Source: Gemmatimonadota bacterium (lineage in GTDB: Bacteria > Gemmatimonadota > Gemmatimonadetes > Palauibacterales > Palauibacteraceae). Taken from it: a stretch of DNA of 64,000 nt. A program made the position numbers and the translations under genes. Of this stretch, positions 1-9,619 are shown piece after piece. Each line of letters opens with the position of its first letter. The first letter of the stretch is position 1. The notes beneath the pieces were generated by a model. The model had not been told where the DNA came from. It saw nothing but the letters and a program-made list of their open reading frames with translations, and made no database searches. Where the stretch lies: positions 1,984,001-2,048,000 of the forward strand of contig OY762926.1 in NCBI GenBank assembly GCA_963666735.1. The letters are read 5' to 3'.

Positions 1-177
1 GTGCGCGAGGAGACGGAGGCATCCGTCACCTTCGCCGGGGAAATCGGCCTCGCGAGGTTCGCGGTCGACCGGGCGGGAGGGCACACGAATGTCCGGGTGG
101 AGACGGATCGCGTCGTGGGCCTCGACGTGACCGACCTCGCGAAGCGTTTCCTCTACACGCTCCGGAACGTCCATTGA
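1..177 (+). CDS. 3' end of a hypothetical protein, truncated by the window edge
   Basis: Frame 1 is open from base 1 (VREETEASVTFAGEIG...KRFLYTLRNVH) to TGA 175-177, just upstream of the RBS of the next gene. Confidence 0.6.
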   Translation: MREETEASVTFAGEIGLARFAVDRAGGHTNVRVETDRVVGLDVTDLAKRFLYTLRNVH

Positions 178-190
178 CACCGGAGGCCGC

Positions 191-466
191 ATGAACGCCA
201 TCACGGTACGCCTCATCATGCCCGACCGCTGGCTCGAGCACGTGGCCGAAATACCGGCCGACACGACGGTCGCGGACGCCAAGGCCTTCGGCATCCGCGC
301 GATGCTCCAGCGCTCCTCGGACGACCCCGGCGACTTCTACACCGAGTTTTCCGAGCGCCGCATCCGCGATGAGACGCGCACCCTCGCGGAGGTGGGGATC
401 GCGTCGCGCGGAGTTCTCTCGATTCGGGCCTACGACCTCGGCCACTACCCGCCCTTCCGGGGCTAG
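191..466 (+). CDS. Small ubiquitin-like (beta-grasp, YukD/EsaB-like) protein
   Basis: GGAGG RBS at 182-186. Segments [12 protein letters not shown] and [20 protein letters not shown] parallel ubiquitin EVEPSDTIENVK and KQLEDGRTLSDYNI..STLHL. Confidence 0.6.
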   Translation: MNAITVRLIMPDRWLEHVAEIPADTTVADAKAFGIRAMLQRSSDDPGDFYTEFSERRIRDETRTLAEVGIASRGVLSIRAYDLGHYPPFRG

Positions 467-1824
467 CGGGACGGGCGGTTGAAGTAGCTCCGCGTCTCCC
501 GCCATACGACGCCCGACAGGAGCAGGAGGCCCAGCAGGTTCGGCGCCGCCATGAGGCCGTTGAGGATGTCGGAGATCAGCCACACGACATCGAGTTCCAC
601 GACCGCCGCGAACCCGACCACGAGCACGAAGGCCAGCCGATAGGGCCGGATCACGCGTTCGCCGAAGAGGTAGGCGAAGCTGCGTTCCCCGTAGTAGGAC
701 CACCCGAGCATCGTGCTGAAAGCGAAGGTCGCGAGGCTGAGCGCGACGATGATGTCCCCCGCACCCGCGAGAAGACTCGTGTCGAAGGCCAATTGCGTCA
801 TGTTCGCGCCCTCGGCGCCCGACTGCCACGCCCCCGTCGTGAGGATCGCGAGTCCCGTGAAGGTGCAGACGACGATGGTGTCGATGAACGTCTGTGTCAT
901 GGAGACGAGGGCCTGCCGCACGGGCTCGCGCGTCTGCGCCGCCGCCGCGGCGATCGCCCCCGTGCCGAGCCCCGATTCGTTCGAGAAGATGCCGCGCGCG
1001 ACCCCGAAGCGCATCGCCTGGAGGACCGTGTAGCCCAGGGCCCCGCCGGCCACCGCGCGCCCCCCGAACGCGTGCTCGAACACGAGCCGGAAAGCCGCGG
1101 GGATCTCCGCCGCGTTGGATAGGAGGACGACGCCGGCGACGCCCATGTAGAGGACGATCATCGTCGGCACGATGACGCTCGCCACGCGCCCGATGGACCG
1201 GATCCCTCCGATGATGACGAGCCCGACCGCGCCCGCCGCGGCGAGACCCGTGATCCAGTGCGGCAGCCGAAACGATTCGTTCATCGCGTCCGCCACCGCC
1301 TGGGACTGGACGCCGTTTCCGATGCCGAACGCCGCGAGCGTCGCGAAGAGCGCGAAGGCGATCGCCAGGCCGCGGCCGAGCCCGCCCCGGCCGAGGCCGT
1401 GCTCGAGGTAGTACATGGGGCCGCCCGCCTTTTCGCCCCGGGAGTCGGTCTCCCGGTAGCGGACGCCGAGCACCGCTTCCGCATACTTCGTCGCCATCCC
1501 GAGGAGTCCCGTCACCCACATCCAGAAGAGCGCCCCGGGGCCGCCCGCGCCGATGGCCGTTGCGACGCCCACGATGTTCCCGGTGCCGACCGTTGCGGCC
1601 AGCGCGGTCATGAGCGCCTGGAAGTGCGAAATGTCGCCCTCGCCGCCGGGTTCGCGGCGCTTGACGAGCGCCAGCTCGAGCGCGTGCCACAGGCGGCGGA
1701 ATTGGAGGCCCCGCAGCAGCAGCGTGTACACGAGGCCCGTGGTGAGGAGGAGGATGATGAGGGGGACGCCCCACACCCAGGCCTGAATCGCCTCCAGGGT
1801 TCCGACTGCGGAAATTGCGGTCAC
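463..1824 (-). CDS. Alanine/glycine:cation symporter (AGCS/AlsT family)
   Basis: Motifs [54 protein letters not shown]. Confidence 0.95.
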   Translation of the reverse strand: MTAISAVGTLEAIQAWVWGVPLIILLLTTGLVYTLLLRGLQFRRLWHALELALVKRREPGGEGDISHFQALMTALAATVGTGNIVGVATAIGAGGPGALFWMWVTGLLGMATKYAEAVLGVRYRETDSRGEKAGGPMYYLEHGLGRGGLGRGLAIAFALFATLAAFGIGNGVQSQAVADAMNESFRLPHWITGLAAAGAVGLVIIGGIRSIGRVASVIVPTMIVLYMGVAGVVLLSNAAEIPAAFRLVFEHAFGGRAVAGGALGYTVLQAMRFGVARGIFSNESGLGTGAIAAAAAQTREPVRQALVSMTQTFIDTIVVCTFTGLAILTTGAWQSGAEGANMTQLAFDTSLLAGAGDIIVALSLATFAFSTMLGWSYYGERSFAYLFGERVIRPYRLAFVLVVGFAAVVELDVVWLISDILNGLMAAPNLLGLLLLSGVVWRETRSYFNRPSR

Positions 1825-2032
1825 CTCGTACTGGAGGTCATCGGGGGAGCGCGCGCCGGACGCCGCGGCGAGCGGGCCGTGACGTTAGACGCGCCTCCGC
1901 GCCGCCGTCAACGCAACGGGACCGGCATGGCGCCCGGCGCCCGGGTCCGCCGCGCGTCCACTCGGGTCCGCGGCGGGTCCACTTTGGACGGACGGACGCC
2001 TTGCGTACCTTCCCACCGATGGGCGAAGGCCC

Positions 2033-3637
2033 GTGCACGACCCCTTGTCCAATTCGTTTGATGGGATCCCGCTCTTGAACCAGGATCAGTCGGAAGCCGC
2101 GGCGGGAACGGCCCCGCCGTCTCCGGAGACGCTCGAGACCCTCTCGGGCGCGATCGAGCGGGGACGCCACATCGCGCTCATTGCCGCCGAGGGGGCGGGC
2201 CTCGCGCCGCTCTACGCGGCCGCCGCCGTGCGGGATCTTGCCGCTGGCGAGGCGGGCGGCCGCGCCTTCGTGCTGACCGCGACCGCGGACCGCGCGCGGC
2301 GTTGCGCGTCGCGCATACATGCCGCCGCCCGGGCCGCCGGGCATGAGGTCGTCGTCGTGCCGGGCGCCGCCGCCGGGGCGATCTCGCGGGCCCCGATCCT
2401 CGTCGGGCCCCCGGCCGCCCTGCTGGAAGGGGTGCGAAGGGGCGACATCCCGGCGGGGGCGCTGTGCACCCTGGTCCTCGACGACGTGCGTGCGCTCGAG
2501 CCGGCGCGGGCCGCCGTCGAGGCCGTGGTGCAGACCTCGGGCGAGGGGGCCCGTCGGATCGCGGCGACCCACGCCCGCGATGCGGCGTTCGATGAGTTGA
2601 TCGAACGCTGGCTGCCGCGCGCGCGCCGCTGGCCGAAGGAGCTGTTCGCCGAGCCGCGGGCCGGGGCGTCGGCGGGCGGCCGCGTGGCGGGCACTCCGAT
2701 CGCCGTCGCGAGCCGGGCGACGCGCGAGGGCCGGCTGGCCCGTCTGGCCGAATTGCTTCACGACATCGCGCGGGCCGGCGCGGCCACCGCCGTCAGCGTC
2801 GAGGCGCCCGCCACCGCCGTCGCCGAGGTGAGCACGGCGCTGTCGCTAGCCGGGCTGCAGGTTGCCGACTCCGAGGGAGCCGAAGCGGCCGAAACGGACG
2901 GCGCTGCCGCGGTGCGGGTCGGGGCGTGGGGCGATGTCGACCCCGGCGCCCATGCCGTCGCGTTCGAGCTGCCGCCGGCGCCGGAGCTCCTCAGTCGCGC
3001 GGCGGAGACAGCCGAGCGCTGCTACGCCATCGTCGACACGCTGCACGAGCGGCAGCTCGAGCTGACGGCGTTGCGGGCCGGGCGGCAGGTCGCACCCCTG
3101 GGCGATCCCGCGGACCCCGCGCTCATGGACGACGTGGCCGCCTTCCGGACCCGCGTCTCCGACGCCCTCGAGCAGCAGGATCTCGCGAGCGGTGCACTCC
3201 TCCTCGCCCCGCTCATCGAAGAGCACGGCGCCGCGCGCGTGGCCGCCGCCCTGGCCGGACTCCTCCGCGGGGTGGACCGGCCGGCGCCTCGGGCCAGCGA
3301 CGCGGCACCCGGCGATGGCCCGACCCGCGACGGGCCGACCCGCGACCGCGCGGGCACACCGCCCGACAGGAGCGCCCAGCGCGCCACGCGGCCGACATGG
3401 ACCAAGGTCTTCGTCGGCGTCGGCAGGCGCGACGGCGCCGGCCCCGGCGACCTCGTCGGCGCCATCACCGGCGAGACATCCGCCGCCGGCGGACAGATCG
3501 GACGCATCGACATCCGGCAGAACTTCACCCTCGTCGACATCGACTCCCTGATGGCCGACGAAGTCGTCCGGGGCCTCGACGGCAGTCAGATCAAGGGTAG
3601 GCAGGTCGTCGCCCGCCTGGACCGCGAGGCCCGGTAA
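2033..3637 (+). CDS. Degenerate DEAD-box-helicase-like protein with C-terminal DbpA RNA-binding domain
   Basis: C-terminus VFVGVGRRDGAGPGDLVGAI..GGQIGRIDIRQNFTLVDI matches the DbpA/CsdA RNA-binding domain. The N-terminal RecA-like domain has eroded motifs (AEGAGLA, ILVGPP, LVLDDVRAL). Confidence 0.75.
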   Translation: MHDPLSNSFDGIPLLNQDQSEAAAGTAPPSPETLETLSGAIERGRHIALIAAEGAGLAPLYAAAAVRDLAAGEAGGRAFVLTATADRARRCASRIHAAARAAGHEVVVVPGAAAGAISRAPILVGPPAALLEGVRRGDIPAGALCTLVLDDVRALEPARAAVEAVVQTSGEGARRIAATHARDAAFDELIERWLPRARRWPKELFAEPRAGASAGGRVAGTPIAVASRATREGRLARLAELLHDIARAGAATAVSVEAPATAVAEVSTALSLAGLQVADSEGAEAAETDGAAAVRVGAWGDVDPGAHAVAFELPPAPELLSRAAETAERCYAIVDTLHERQLELTALRAGRQVAPLGDPADPALMDDVAAFRTRVSDALEQQDLASGALLLAPLIEEHGAARVAAALAGLLRGVDRPAPRASDAAPGDGPTRDGPTRDRAGTPPDRSAQRATRPTWTKVFVGVGRRDGAGPGDLVGAITGETSAAGGQIGRIDIRQNFTLVDIDSLMADEVVRGLDGSQIKGRQVVARLDREAR

Positions 3638-3642
3638 GTCCG

Positions 3643-4710
3643 ATGAGCCCAGGGAGCCCGATCGGCCTGATGCGGCGCCTGTTCGACTTCAGCCGCTTCA
3701 GGGGCCGCTTCCTCGGGGCCGTTGTCTTCACGGGCACCCTCTCGGTCGTCGGGACGATCGGCTTCTCGCTCATGCCCGGGTACAGCCTGTCGGACGCGTT
3801 CTTCATGACCGTGATCACGGTCTCGGCGGTCGGGTACGGCGAAATCCAGACGCTGACCGACGGCGGCCGCGTGTTCGCGAGCTTCATGATCGCCGGCGGC
3901 ATCATCACCCTCGCGATCTGGTTCGCCCTCATCACCGCCACCCTCGTCGAGATGGATCTGGCCCAGGCATTCAAGAGGCGCAAAACAATGAAGAGGATCG
4001 ACTCCACCCGGGACCATGTGATCCTGTGCGGCGCGGGCCGCACGGGCCTCGCGGCGCTAAGGAGGCTCGTCGCCCGCGGCACCCCTTACGTCGCGGTCGA
4101 GAGCAACCCCGCGCACGCCGCCGACGCGCGGAACGCCGACCCGGACGCACTGATCATCGAAGGGGATGCGACGGACGACGACGCGCTGCTGGCGGCGGGG
4201 ATCGACCGGGCGCGGGGGCTCATCGCCGCGTTGAGCGCGGACACCGACAACGCCTTCGTGTGTCTGGCGGCGCGCGAGCTGAATCCGAATCTGACCATCG
4301 TGGGGCGGGCGCGTTCCGAGGAATCGGTGAGCAAGCTCAGGAAAGCCGGCGCCGACCGCGTCGTCACGCCCAATGCGACGGGCGGGATCCAGATGGCCTC
4401 CCTCGTCCTGCGTCCCAACGTCACGCTCTTCATCGATACCGAGACCTCCGGAGACGGCATGGGCCTGCTCCTGGAGCAGGCGTCGGTGGCGGAGACCTCG
4501 GCAGTCGCGGGACTCACGCTGGACGAGGCGCAGATCCCGGCCAGAACCGGGCTCCTGGTCGTCGCCATCCAGCGCGGAGAAGGCGACCGCGACGGCGGCG
4601 ACCGCTTCGTCTACAACCCGGGACCGGACGAGAGGGTGCGGCCCGGAGATCTCCTGGTCGTCCTGGGTCCGCCTCCCAAGTTCCCCGAACTCCACCGCCT
4701 CCTGAGCTGA
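3643..4710 (+). CDS. Potassium channel protein (2TM pore + TrkA-N/TrkA-C RCK domains)
   Basis: Pore helix/filter FFMTVITVSAVGYGE; RCK Rossmann motif HVILCGAGRTG, IEGDATDD; C-terminal TrkA-C NPGPD. Confidence 0.93.
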   Translation: MSPGSPIGLMRRLFDFSRFRGRFLGAVVFTGTLSVVGTIGFSLMPGYSLSDAFFMTVITVSAVGYGEIQTLTDGGRVFASFMIAGGIITLAIWFALITATLVEMDLAQAFKRRKTMKRIDSTRDHVILCGAGRTGLAALRRLVARGTPYVAVESNPAHAADARNADPDALIIEGDATDDDALLAAGIDRARGLIAALSADTDNAFVCLAARELNPNLTIVGRARSEESVSKLRKAGADRVVTPNATGGIQMASLVLRPNVTLFIDTETSGDGMGLLLEQASVAETSAVAGLTLDEAQIPARTGLLVVAIQRGEGDRDGGDRFVYNPGPDERVRPGDLLVVLGPPPKFPELHRLLS

Positions 4711-4771
4711 CGCGGACCCCCGAGGCCGGCCTGACGCGGGCCCCGAAGCCAACCCTGCCCGCCCGGGGGGA

Positions 4772-5729
4772 TCAGAGCTTCTCGGGATTCTCGCGGAAGA
4801 AGGGCCGCCACTTCTCCTCGGGCGAGGGCGGGGTGAGCAGGCTCACGACGATCAGGAGGCTGAGCGAGATGAGGACCCCGGGGATCACGATGTAGTCCGT
4901 GGATGCGAAGTCGAATGGATCGCCCCCGATCGTGGCCGTGAAGTTCACGCCGAGCTTGGACAGGGCCGCGATCCCCACGATGCTCCCGAGGCCGCCCGCG
5001 ATACACGCCACCCCACCGAACTTCTGGTACATCCCGCTCTCGCCCGGGATGAGGAGGAAGGTGGGCATCGCGACCCCGATGACCCAGAGGGCGTTGTGGC
5101 CTCCGAGGACCGTCAGGTGTTCCTCGGGAGCCCGGCCGCGATCGCGCCCACGCCGCCGTTGGCGAAGACGAGGTAGGGGAGGCCGATGACGATGCCGAGG
5201 GTGATGATGATCCCGTTGATGAGGTCCACCGAGACGATCGACACCATCCCGGCGAGCGCGGTGAAGGCCACGATCGTAACGGCCGTGATGATCATTCCGG
5301 TCGTGGGCGAGATGGCCCCGTCCGTGACAATGCTCAGGATCCAGCCGCCGCCCCGGAACTGGTAGGCGGCGATCGTGACGTAGGCGAGGATGATCGCGAC
5401 CGTGCCGAGGATGCGCGCCGCCGCGTTGTAGCGCTGTTCGAGGAGGTCCGGGACGGTGTACTTCGCGATCGAGCGCACGCGGGGCGCCAGGTAGAAGGCG
5501 ACGAGCAGGCCGACCCAGGCGCCGAAGGAGAACCACAGTTCCGCGATGCCCGTGCGGTAGGCCAACCCGGCCCCGCCGAAGAGCGACCCCGACCCGATCC
5601 AGGTGCAGATGAGCGTGCCCACGAGGAGCGCCACCGGCACGTTCCGGCCCGCCACCATGAAGTCCGCGTGTCTTGATCTGCCTGGAGCGCCACACGCCGA
5701 TCCCGATGAGGACGAGCGGGTAGGCGTGG
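4772..5729 (-). pseudogene. Sodium:solute symporter (SSS) pseudogene
   Basis: SSS sequence (DFMVAGRN, TWIGSGSLFGGAG, YTVPDLLEQRY) is split over frames by frameshifts near 5665 and 5125. No start codon is found, and a large block is missing after MYQKF. Confidence 0.8.
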
Positions 5730-6398
5730 CTACTCCCCCTTCGACATCCGGCGCTTCAACTCCTCGAGCATCGCGTCGGCCCGCGCCTCGCGCAGTTCCC
5801 GCTCGGCCACGAAGTCCCGCTGCGGCGCGCCGGCCATCGGGTCGAGCGCTTCATCCACCTGGCGGCGCGCGTCGTCGAGGTCGCTGCTTCCCTCCATCTT
5901 CTCGGCCATGCGGTCGAACGCGTCCGACGAGTCGAGCCGGTCGGAGGAGTGCTGGATCGCCTTCGCGCGCCGTTGCTGCACGCTGAGCGAATCCCGCCGC
6001 GCCATGGCGCTCTTCAGTTGTTCCACGCCCTGCGCGGCCTCGGCCTTCTGCTGCTGGAGTTCGGCCTGCGTCCCCCCGGCCTTGATGACGAGGACCTCGA
6101 GCCGCTGCCGGTGCCGCTCCGCGAACCGCTCCGCGACCTCGACCGTCTCGGCGTCCCCGATCTCGGCCGCCTTCGCCGCCCGCCGCTCCGCGACCCGCGC
6201 CGCCTCCTTTTCCCGGTCGGCCTGGCGCACCTGCGAATCGAGCAGCTCCTCGAGTTCGGAGATCCGTGCCCGCCTATCGACGAGTTCCCGGCGCATGGCG
6301 CGGATGACGCGGTCGATGTCGTCCTCGGACGCACCGGGCTGCTTCGCTTCCATCCGGTCGAGCGCCTCGTCGACCATCTGCCTGAGTTTCCTGAACAT
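5730..6398 (-). CDS. PspA/IM30-family coiled-coil protein
   Basis: All-helical 222 aa with AERRAAKAAEIGD, DAFDRMAEKME and a terminal LEELKRRM typical of PspA. Confidence 0.75.
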   Translation of the reverse strand: MFRKLRQMVDEALDRMEAKQPGASEDDIDRVIRAMRRELVDRRARISELEELLDSQVRQADREKEAARVAERRAAKAAEIGDAETVEVAERFAERHRQRLEVLVIKAGGTQAELQQQKAEAAQGVEQLKSAMARRDSLSVQQRRAKAIQHSSDRLDSSDAFDRMAEKMEGSSDLDDARRQVDEALDPMAGAPQRDFVAERELREARADAMLEELKRRMSKGE

Positions 6399-6486
6399 GG
6401 CTCTGAGTTTAGCAGCCCCCGGCGAAACGCCGCCACCGCCGACGCACCGGATCCGTCGGCGGGCCTCGCCGCTTGCCGATGATACA

Positions 6487-6503
6487 ATACTCCGGTATAG
6501 TAT
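6487..6503. promoter_or_regulatory. CsoR/RcnR-type operator ATACT-N7-AGTAT
   Basis: Inverted repeat ATACTccggtatAGTAT in an AT-rich patch directly upstream of csoR-copA. It resembles known TAC-N-GTA CsoR/RcnR operators. Confidence 0.7.
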
Positions 6504-6552
6504 ATTTGACACAGGATCGCCTCGGATGAGCGGTCGATGATGGACGCGGAGC

Positions 6553-6873
6553 GTGGAGCGAGTGGCGGTGAGCGATGCGGGGCCGCATGCGATGGGGATC
6601 GCGGAGGGGACGAAGAACGACCTTGGCCGCCGGTTGGCCCGTATCCGGGGACAGGTCGGGGGCATCGCCCGCATGGTGGAGGATGAGCGGTACTGTCCGG
6701 ACATCCTGCAGCAGTTCGCCGCCGTTCACTCCGCGCTCCGCGCGGCCGAGAAGGAACTCCTGCTGAACCACCTCGAGCGCTGCGCCACCCATGCCATCGA
6801 GGAAGGCGGCGACGCCGCGACGGGAGTGCGCGCGGAGATCGCGGATCTGTTCATGCGCTTCGCCGGCAAATGA
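6553..6873 (+). CDS. csoR: Copper-sensing repressor, CsoR family
   Basis: RLARIRGQVGGIARMVEDERYCPDILQQ..LNHLERC carries the Cys-His-Cys ligand set; overlaps the copA start. Confidence 0.92.
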   Translation: MERVAVSDAGPHAMGIAEGTKNDLGRRLARIRGQVGGIARMVEDERYCPDILQQFAAVHSALRAAEKELLLNHLERCATHAIEEGGDAATGVRAEIADLFMRFAGK

Positions 6874-9137
6874 TGCGGAAGACCTATCGGATCGCCGGCA
6901 TGCACTGTGCCGGTTGCGTCGGCTCGGTGGAGAAGAGCCTCAACGCGGTCGACGGCGTGGAGGCTTCGGTGAGCCTGCCGGCCGAGTCGGCGACGCTGAC
7001 GTTCACCCGCGACGTGAGCTTCGAGGAACTCGCCGGCGCCGTGGAGGGGGCCGGCTACGAGATCGAACCCATCGCGGAGGCCGGCCGCGGGGAGGCCGAG
7101 CGTTCGCGCCTTGCGGAGACGGAGGCCCGCTCCCGCGAGGCGGGGCGGGCCATGTGGACCGCGTGGGCGCTCACCGTCCCGGCCATGGTGTGGATGCTGC
7201 CGGAGATGTTCGCCGGAGTGCGCTGGCCGTCGCCCCTCGTCTTCGACCTGGGCGTCACGCTGCTCGGGGCCGCCGTCCTCGCGGGCCCGGGGGGTCCGAC
7301 CCTGCGCAGCGCGTGGCGCTCGGCGCGCGGCCGGATGCCGAACATGGACGTCCTCATCGCGCTCGGGGCGGGCGTTTCCGTGCTCACGGGCGTGTGGGCC
7401 GTCCTTCACGTGCTCGGGTTCGCCCCGATGATCATGAACTTCGCTCCGGTGGGCGCGATGATCGCCGCCATCCACCTCACGGGACGATTCGTGGAGGCGA
7501 AGGCGCGCGGGCGTTCCTCATCGGCGATCCAGGCTCTGCTGTCGCTCGAGGCGCCGACGGCCCGCGTCGAGCGGGAGGGCGCCGAACTCGAGGTCCCGAC
7601 CCGCGAGGTCGCGGTGGGCGACGTGATGATCATCCGCCCGGGCGAGAAGATCCCGACGGACGGCGTCGTCCTCGAGGGGAGGAGCGCGGTCGATGAATCG
7701 CTCGCGACGGGCGAGTCGATCCCGGTCGAGAAGGAACCGGGGTCCGCCGTGCTCGGATCGACCGTCAATCACTCCGGAGCGCTCCGCGTGCGGGCGACGG
7801 GCGTGGGCGAGGACACGTTCCTGTCGAACGTCATCCGTCTCGTGGAGGAGGCGCAGGCGAGCAAGGTCCCGATCCAGGAGTTCGCGGACCGGGTGACCGC
7901 CATCTTCGTGCCCGTCATCCTCGTCGTCGCGCTGGCGGCCTTCGCGGGCTGGTTCGCGCTGCCCGGAGTCTTCGCGGACGCGGCGCGCTGGGCCTCGGGG
8001 TTCGTCCCGTGGGTGAACCCGGAGTTGGGCCGCCTCTCGCTCGCGCTCTACGCCGCCGTCGCGGTGCTCGTCATCGCCTGCCCGTGCGCGCTCGGGCTCG
8101 CCACCCCGACGGCGCTCATGGTCGGGACCGGCGTCGGAGCCACCCGCGGCGTCCTCATCCGGGACGGGGCCGCCGTTCAGACGCTGGACCGGGCGGACAC
8201 GCTCGTGTTCGACAAGACGGGCACCCTGACCCGCGGCGCCCCCCGCGTGGTCGAGATCTTCGCGGCCGGCGACCGTACGGCCGACACCGAGGCGCGCGTG
8301 ATCGAGCTCGCGGCCGCGGTCGAAGACAGGTCGGAGCATCCGCTCGCCCGCGCCATCGTCGACGAAGCGCGGATGCGCGGCATCCCCTTCTCCCGTGCGG
8401 CCGGCGTGGAGGCCCGCATCGGGATGGGCATCGTCGGCCACGTGGACGGCACCCCCGTCGTCGTGGGGAGCGCGCGGCTGCTGCGCGGAGAAGGCATCCC
8501 GGACGAGGACATCGCCCGGGTAGAGCGGCGTTTCGGCGACGACGCGCGCACGACCGCCTGGGTGGCCGCCGGCGGGCGGCTGCTCGGCGCGCTCGCGATC
8601 GCCGACCCGGTGAAGGAGGACGCGCGGGAAACCCTCCTCGAGCTGAGCCGCCGCGGCTTTAGGACCGTGATGCTGACCGGCGATCATGAAGCCGTGGCGG
8701 CCGCCGTCGCCGAGCATCTCGGCATCGACGACTTCCGGGCCGGGCTGCTCCCCGCCGACAAGGTCGAGGCCGTGCGGCAACTCCGCGCCGAGGGCCGTAC
8801 CGTGGCCTTCGTCGGCGACGGGATCAACGACGCCCCGGCCCTCAAGGCCGCCGACGTCGGCATCGCGGTGGGGACCGGCACCGACATCGCGATCGAAGCC
8901 GCAGACATCACCCTCGTGCAGGGAGATCTGCGCTCCGTACTGCGCGCGACGAAGCTCGCCCGCGCCACCTTCCGCAAGATCCGGGAGAACCTCTTCTGGG
9001 CCTACGTCTACAACGTTGTCGCGATTCCGGTCGCCTTCCTCGGCCTCCTCCACCCCGTCATCGCGGAGGCCGCGATGGCGCTGAGTTCGATCTCCGTCGT
9101 CACGAACGCGAACCGCCTCCGCCGCACCCGGCTGTAG
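6870..9137 (+). CDS. copA: Copper-translocating P1B-type ATPase
   Basis: N-terminal GMHCAGC HMA domain; TGES, CPC, DKTGT, HP, GDGINDAP, YN and MALSS motifs. Confidence 0.95.
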   Translation: MMRKTYRIAGMHCAGCVGSVEKSLNAVDGVEASVSLPAESATLTFTRDVSFEELAGAVEGAGYEIEPIAEAGRGEAERSRLAETEARSREAGRAMWTAWALTVPAMVWMLPEMFAGVRWPSPLVFDLGVTLLGAAVLAGPGGPTLRSAWRSARGRMPNMDVLIALGAGVSVLTGVWAVLHVLGFAPMIMNFAPVGAMIAAIHLTGRFVEAKARGRSSSAIQALLSLEAPTARVEREGAELEVPTREVAVGDVMIIRPGEKIPTDGVVLEGRSAVDESLATGESIPVEKEPGSAVLGSTVNHSGALRVRATGVGEDTFLSNVIRLVEEAQASKVPIQEFADRVTAIFVPVILVVALAAFAGWFALPGVFADAARWASGFVPWVNPELGRLSLALYAAVAVLVIACPCALGLATPTALMVGTGVGATRGVLIRDGAAVQTLDRADTLVFDKTGTLTRGAPRVVEIFAAGDRTADTEARVIELAAAVEDRSEHPLARAIVDEARMRGIPFSRAAGVEARIGMGIVGHVDGTPVVVGSARLLRGEGIPDEDIARVERRFGDDARTTAWVAAGGRLLGALAIADPVKEDARETLLELSRRGFRTVMLTGDHEAVAAAVAEHLGIDDFRAGLLPADKVEAVRQLRAEGRTVAFVGDGINDAPALKAADVGIAVGTGTDIAIEAADITLVQGDLRSVLRATKLARATFRKIRENLFWAYVYNVVAIPVAFLGLLHPVIAEAAMALSSISVVTNANRLRRTRL

Positions 9138-9252
9138 CGACCCGTTTCGGGTGACACCGCGTCATGCGCCGCGACGTTGCCTTCGCCGCTGCCGGGGCGC
9201 ATCATAGGCGCCGTCCGTTCGGGTTCATCCGTTTGCTTCAGAGAGAGGTTCG

Positions 9253-9594
9253 ATGGCCTCACGCTGGGTCGGTCTCGCGTTGGGACTCTGGTTCCTGGGC
9301 GCCCCGTTCATCTGGGGATATCCGTTCGGTTTCCTGTGGTGGCACAGCGTGGTGCTCGGCGGTTCCATCCTCGTCGTCACCATCACCTTCAACCTCGGCA
9401 TCAACCGGATCAGCGGGTGGGGACTCATCGCCCTCGGTGCCTACAGCATGCTGTCGCCCTTCATCCACGGGTATCTCGCGAACGCGCAGGCCCTGTTCAA
9501 CGACCTCATCTTCGGCGTCATCACCGTGGGCACCGGCACCGCGATGGGCGGGGCGGGGATCGAACACTCGGACGAGGCGCACAGCGCCGCCTGA
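9253..9594 (+). CDS. SPW-repeat small membrane protein
   Basis: Four TM helices with the repeated pattern LGLWFLGAPFIWGY / LGAYSMLSPFIHGY; GAGG RBS. Confidence 0.75.
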   Translation: MASRWVGLALGLWFLGAPFIWGYPFGFLWWHSVVLGGSILVVTITFNLGINRISGWGLIALGAYSMLSPFIHGYLANAQALFNDLIFGVITVGTGTAMGGAGIEHSDEAHSAA

Positions 9595-9603
9595 CCCCGC
9601 GGA

Positions 9604-9619
9604 CGTTCCCGCGGGAACG
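9604..9619. repeat. Perfect 16-bp palindrome CGTTCCCGCGGGAACG (copy 1, parS-like)
   Basis: The 19-mer GGACGTTCCCGCGGGAACG recurs identically at 60167-60185. Confidence 0.7.

Noticed and set aside
1825..2032. Glycine riboswitch expected upstream of the AGCS symporter
   Set aside because: No GGAGA..GAAG..CTCTCAGG core is seen; only short GC-rich imperfect direct repeats.
4707..4750. Imperfect ~21-bp direct repeat after the K+ channel stop
   Set aside because: Two degenerate copies only; most likely a local duplication.
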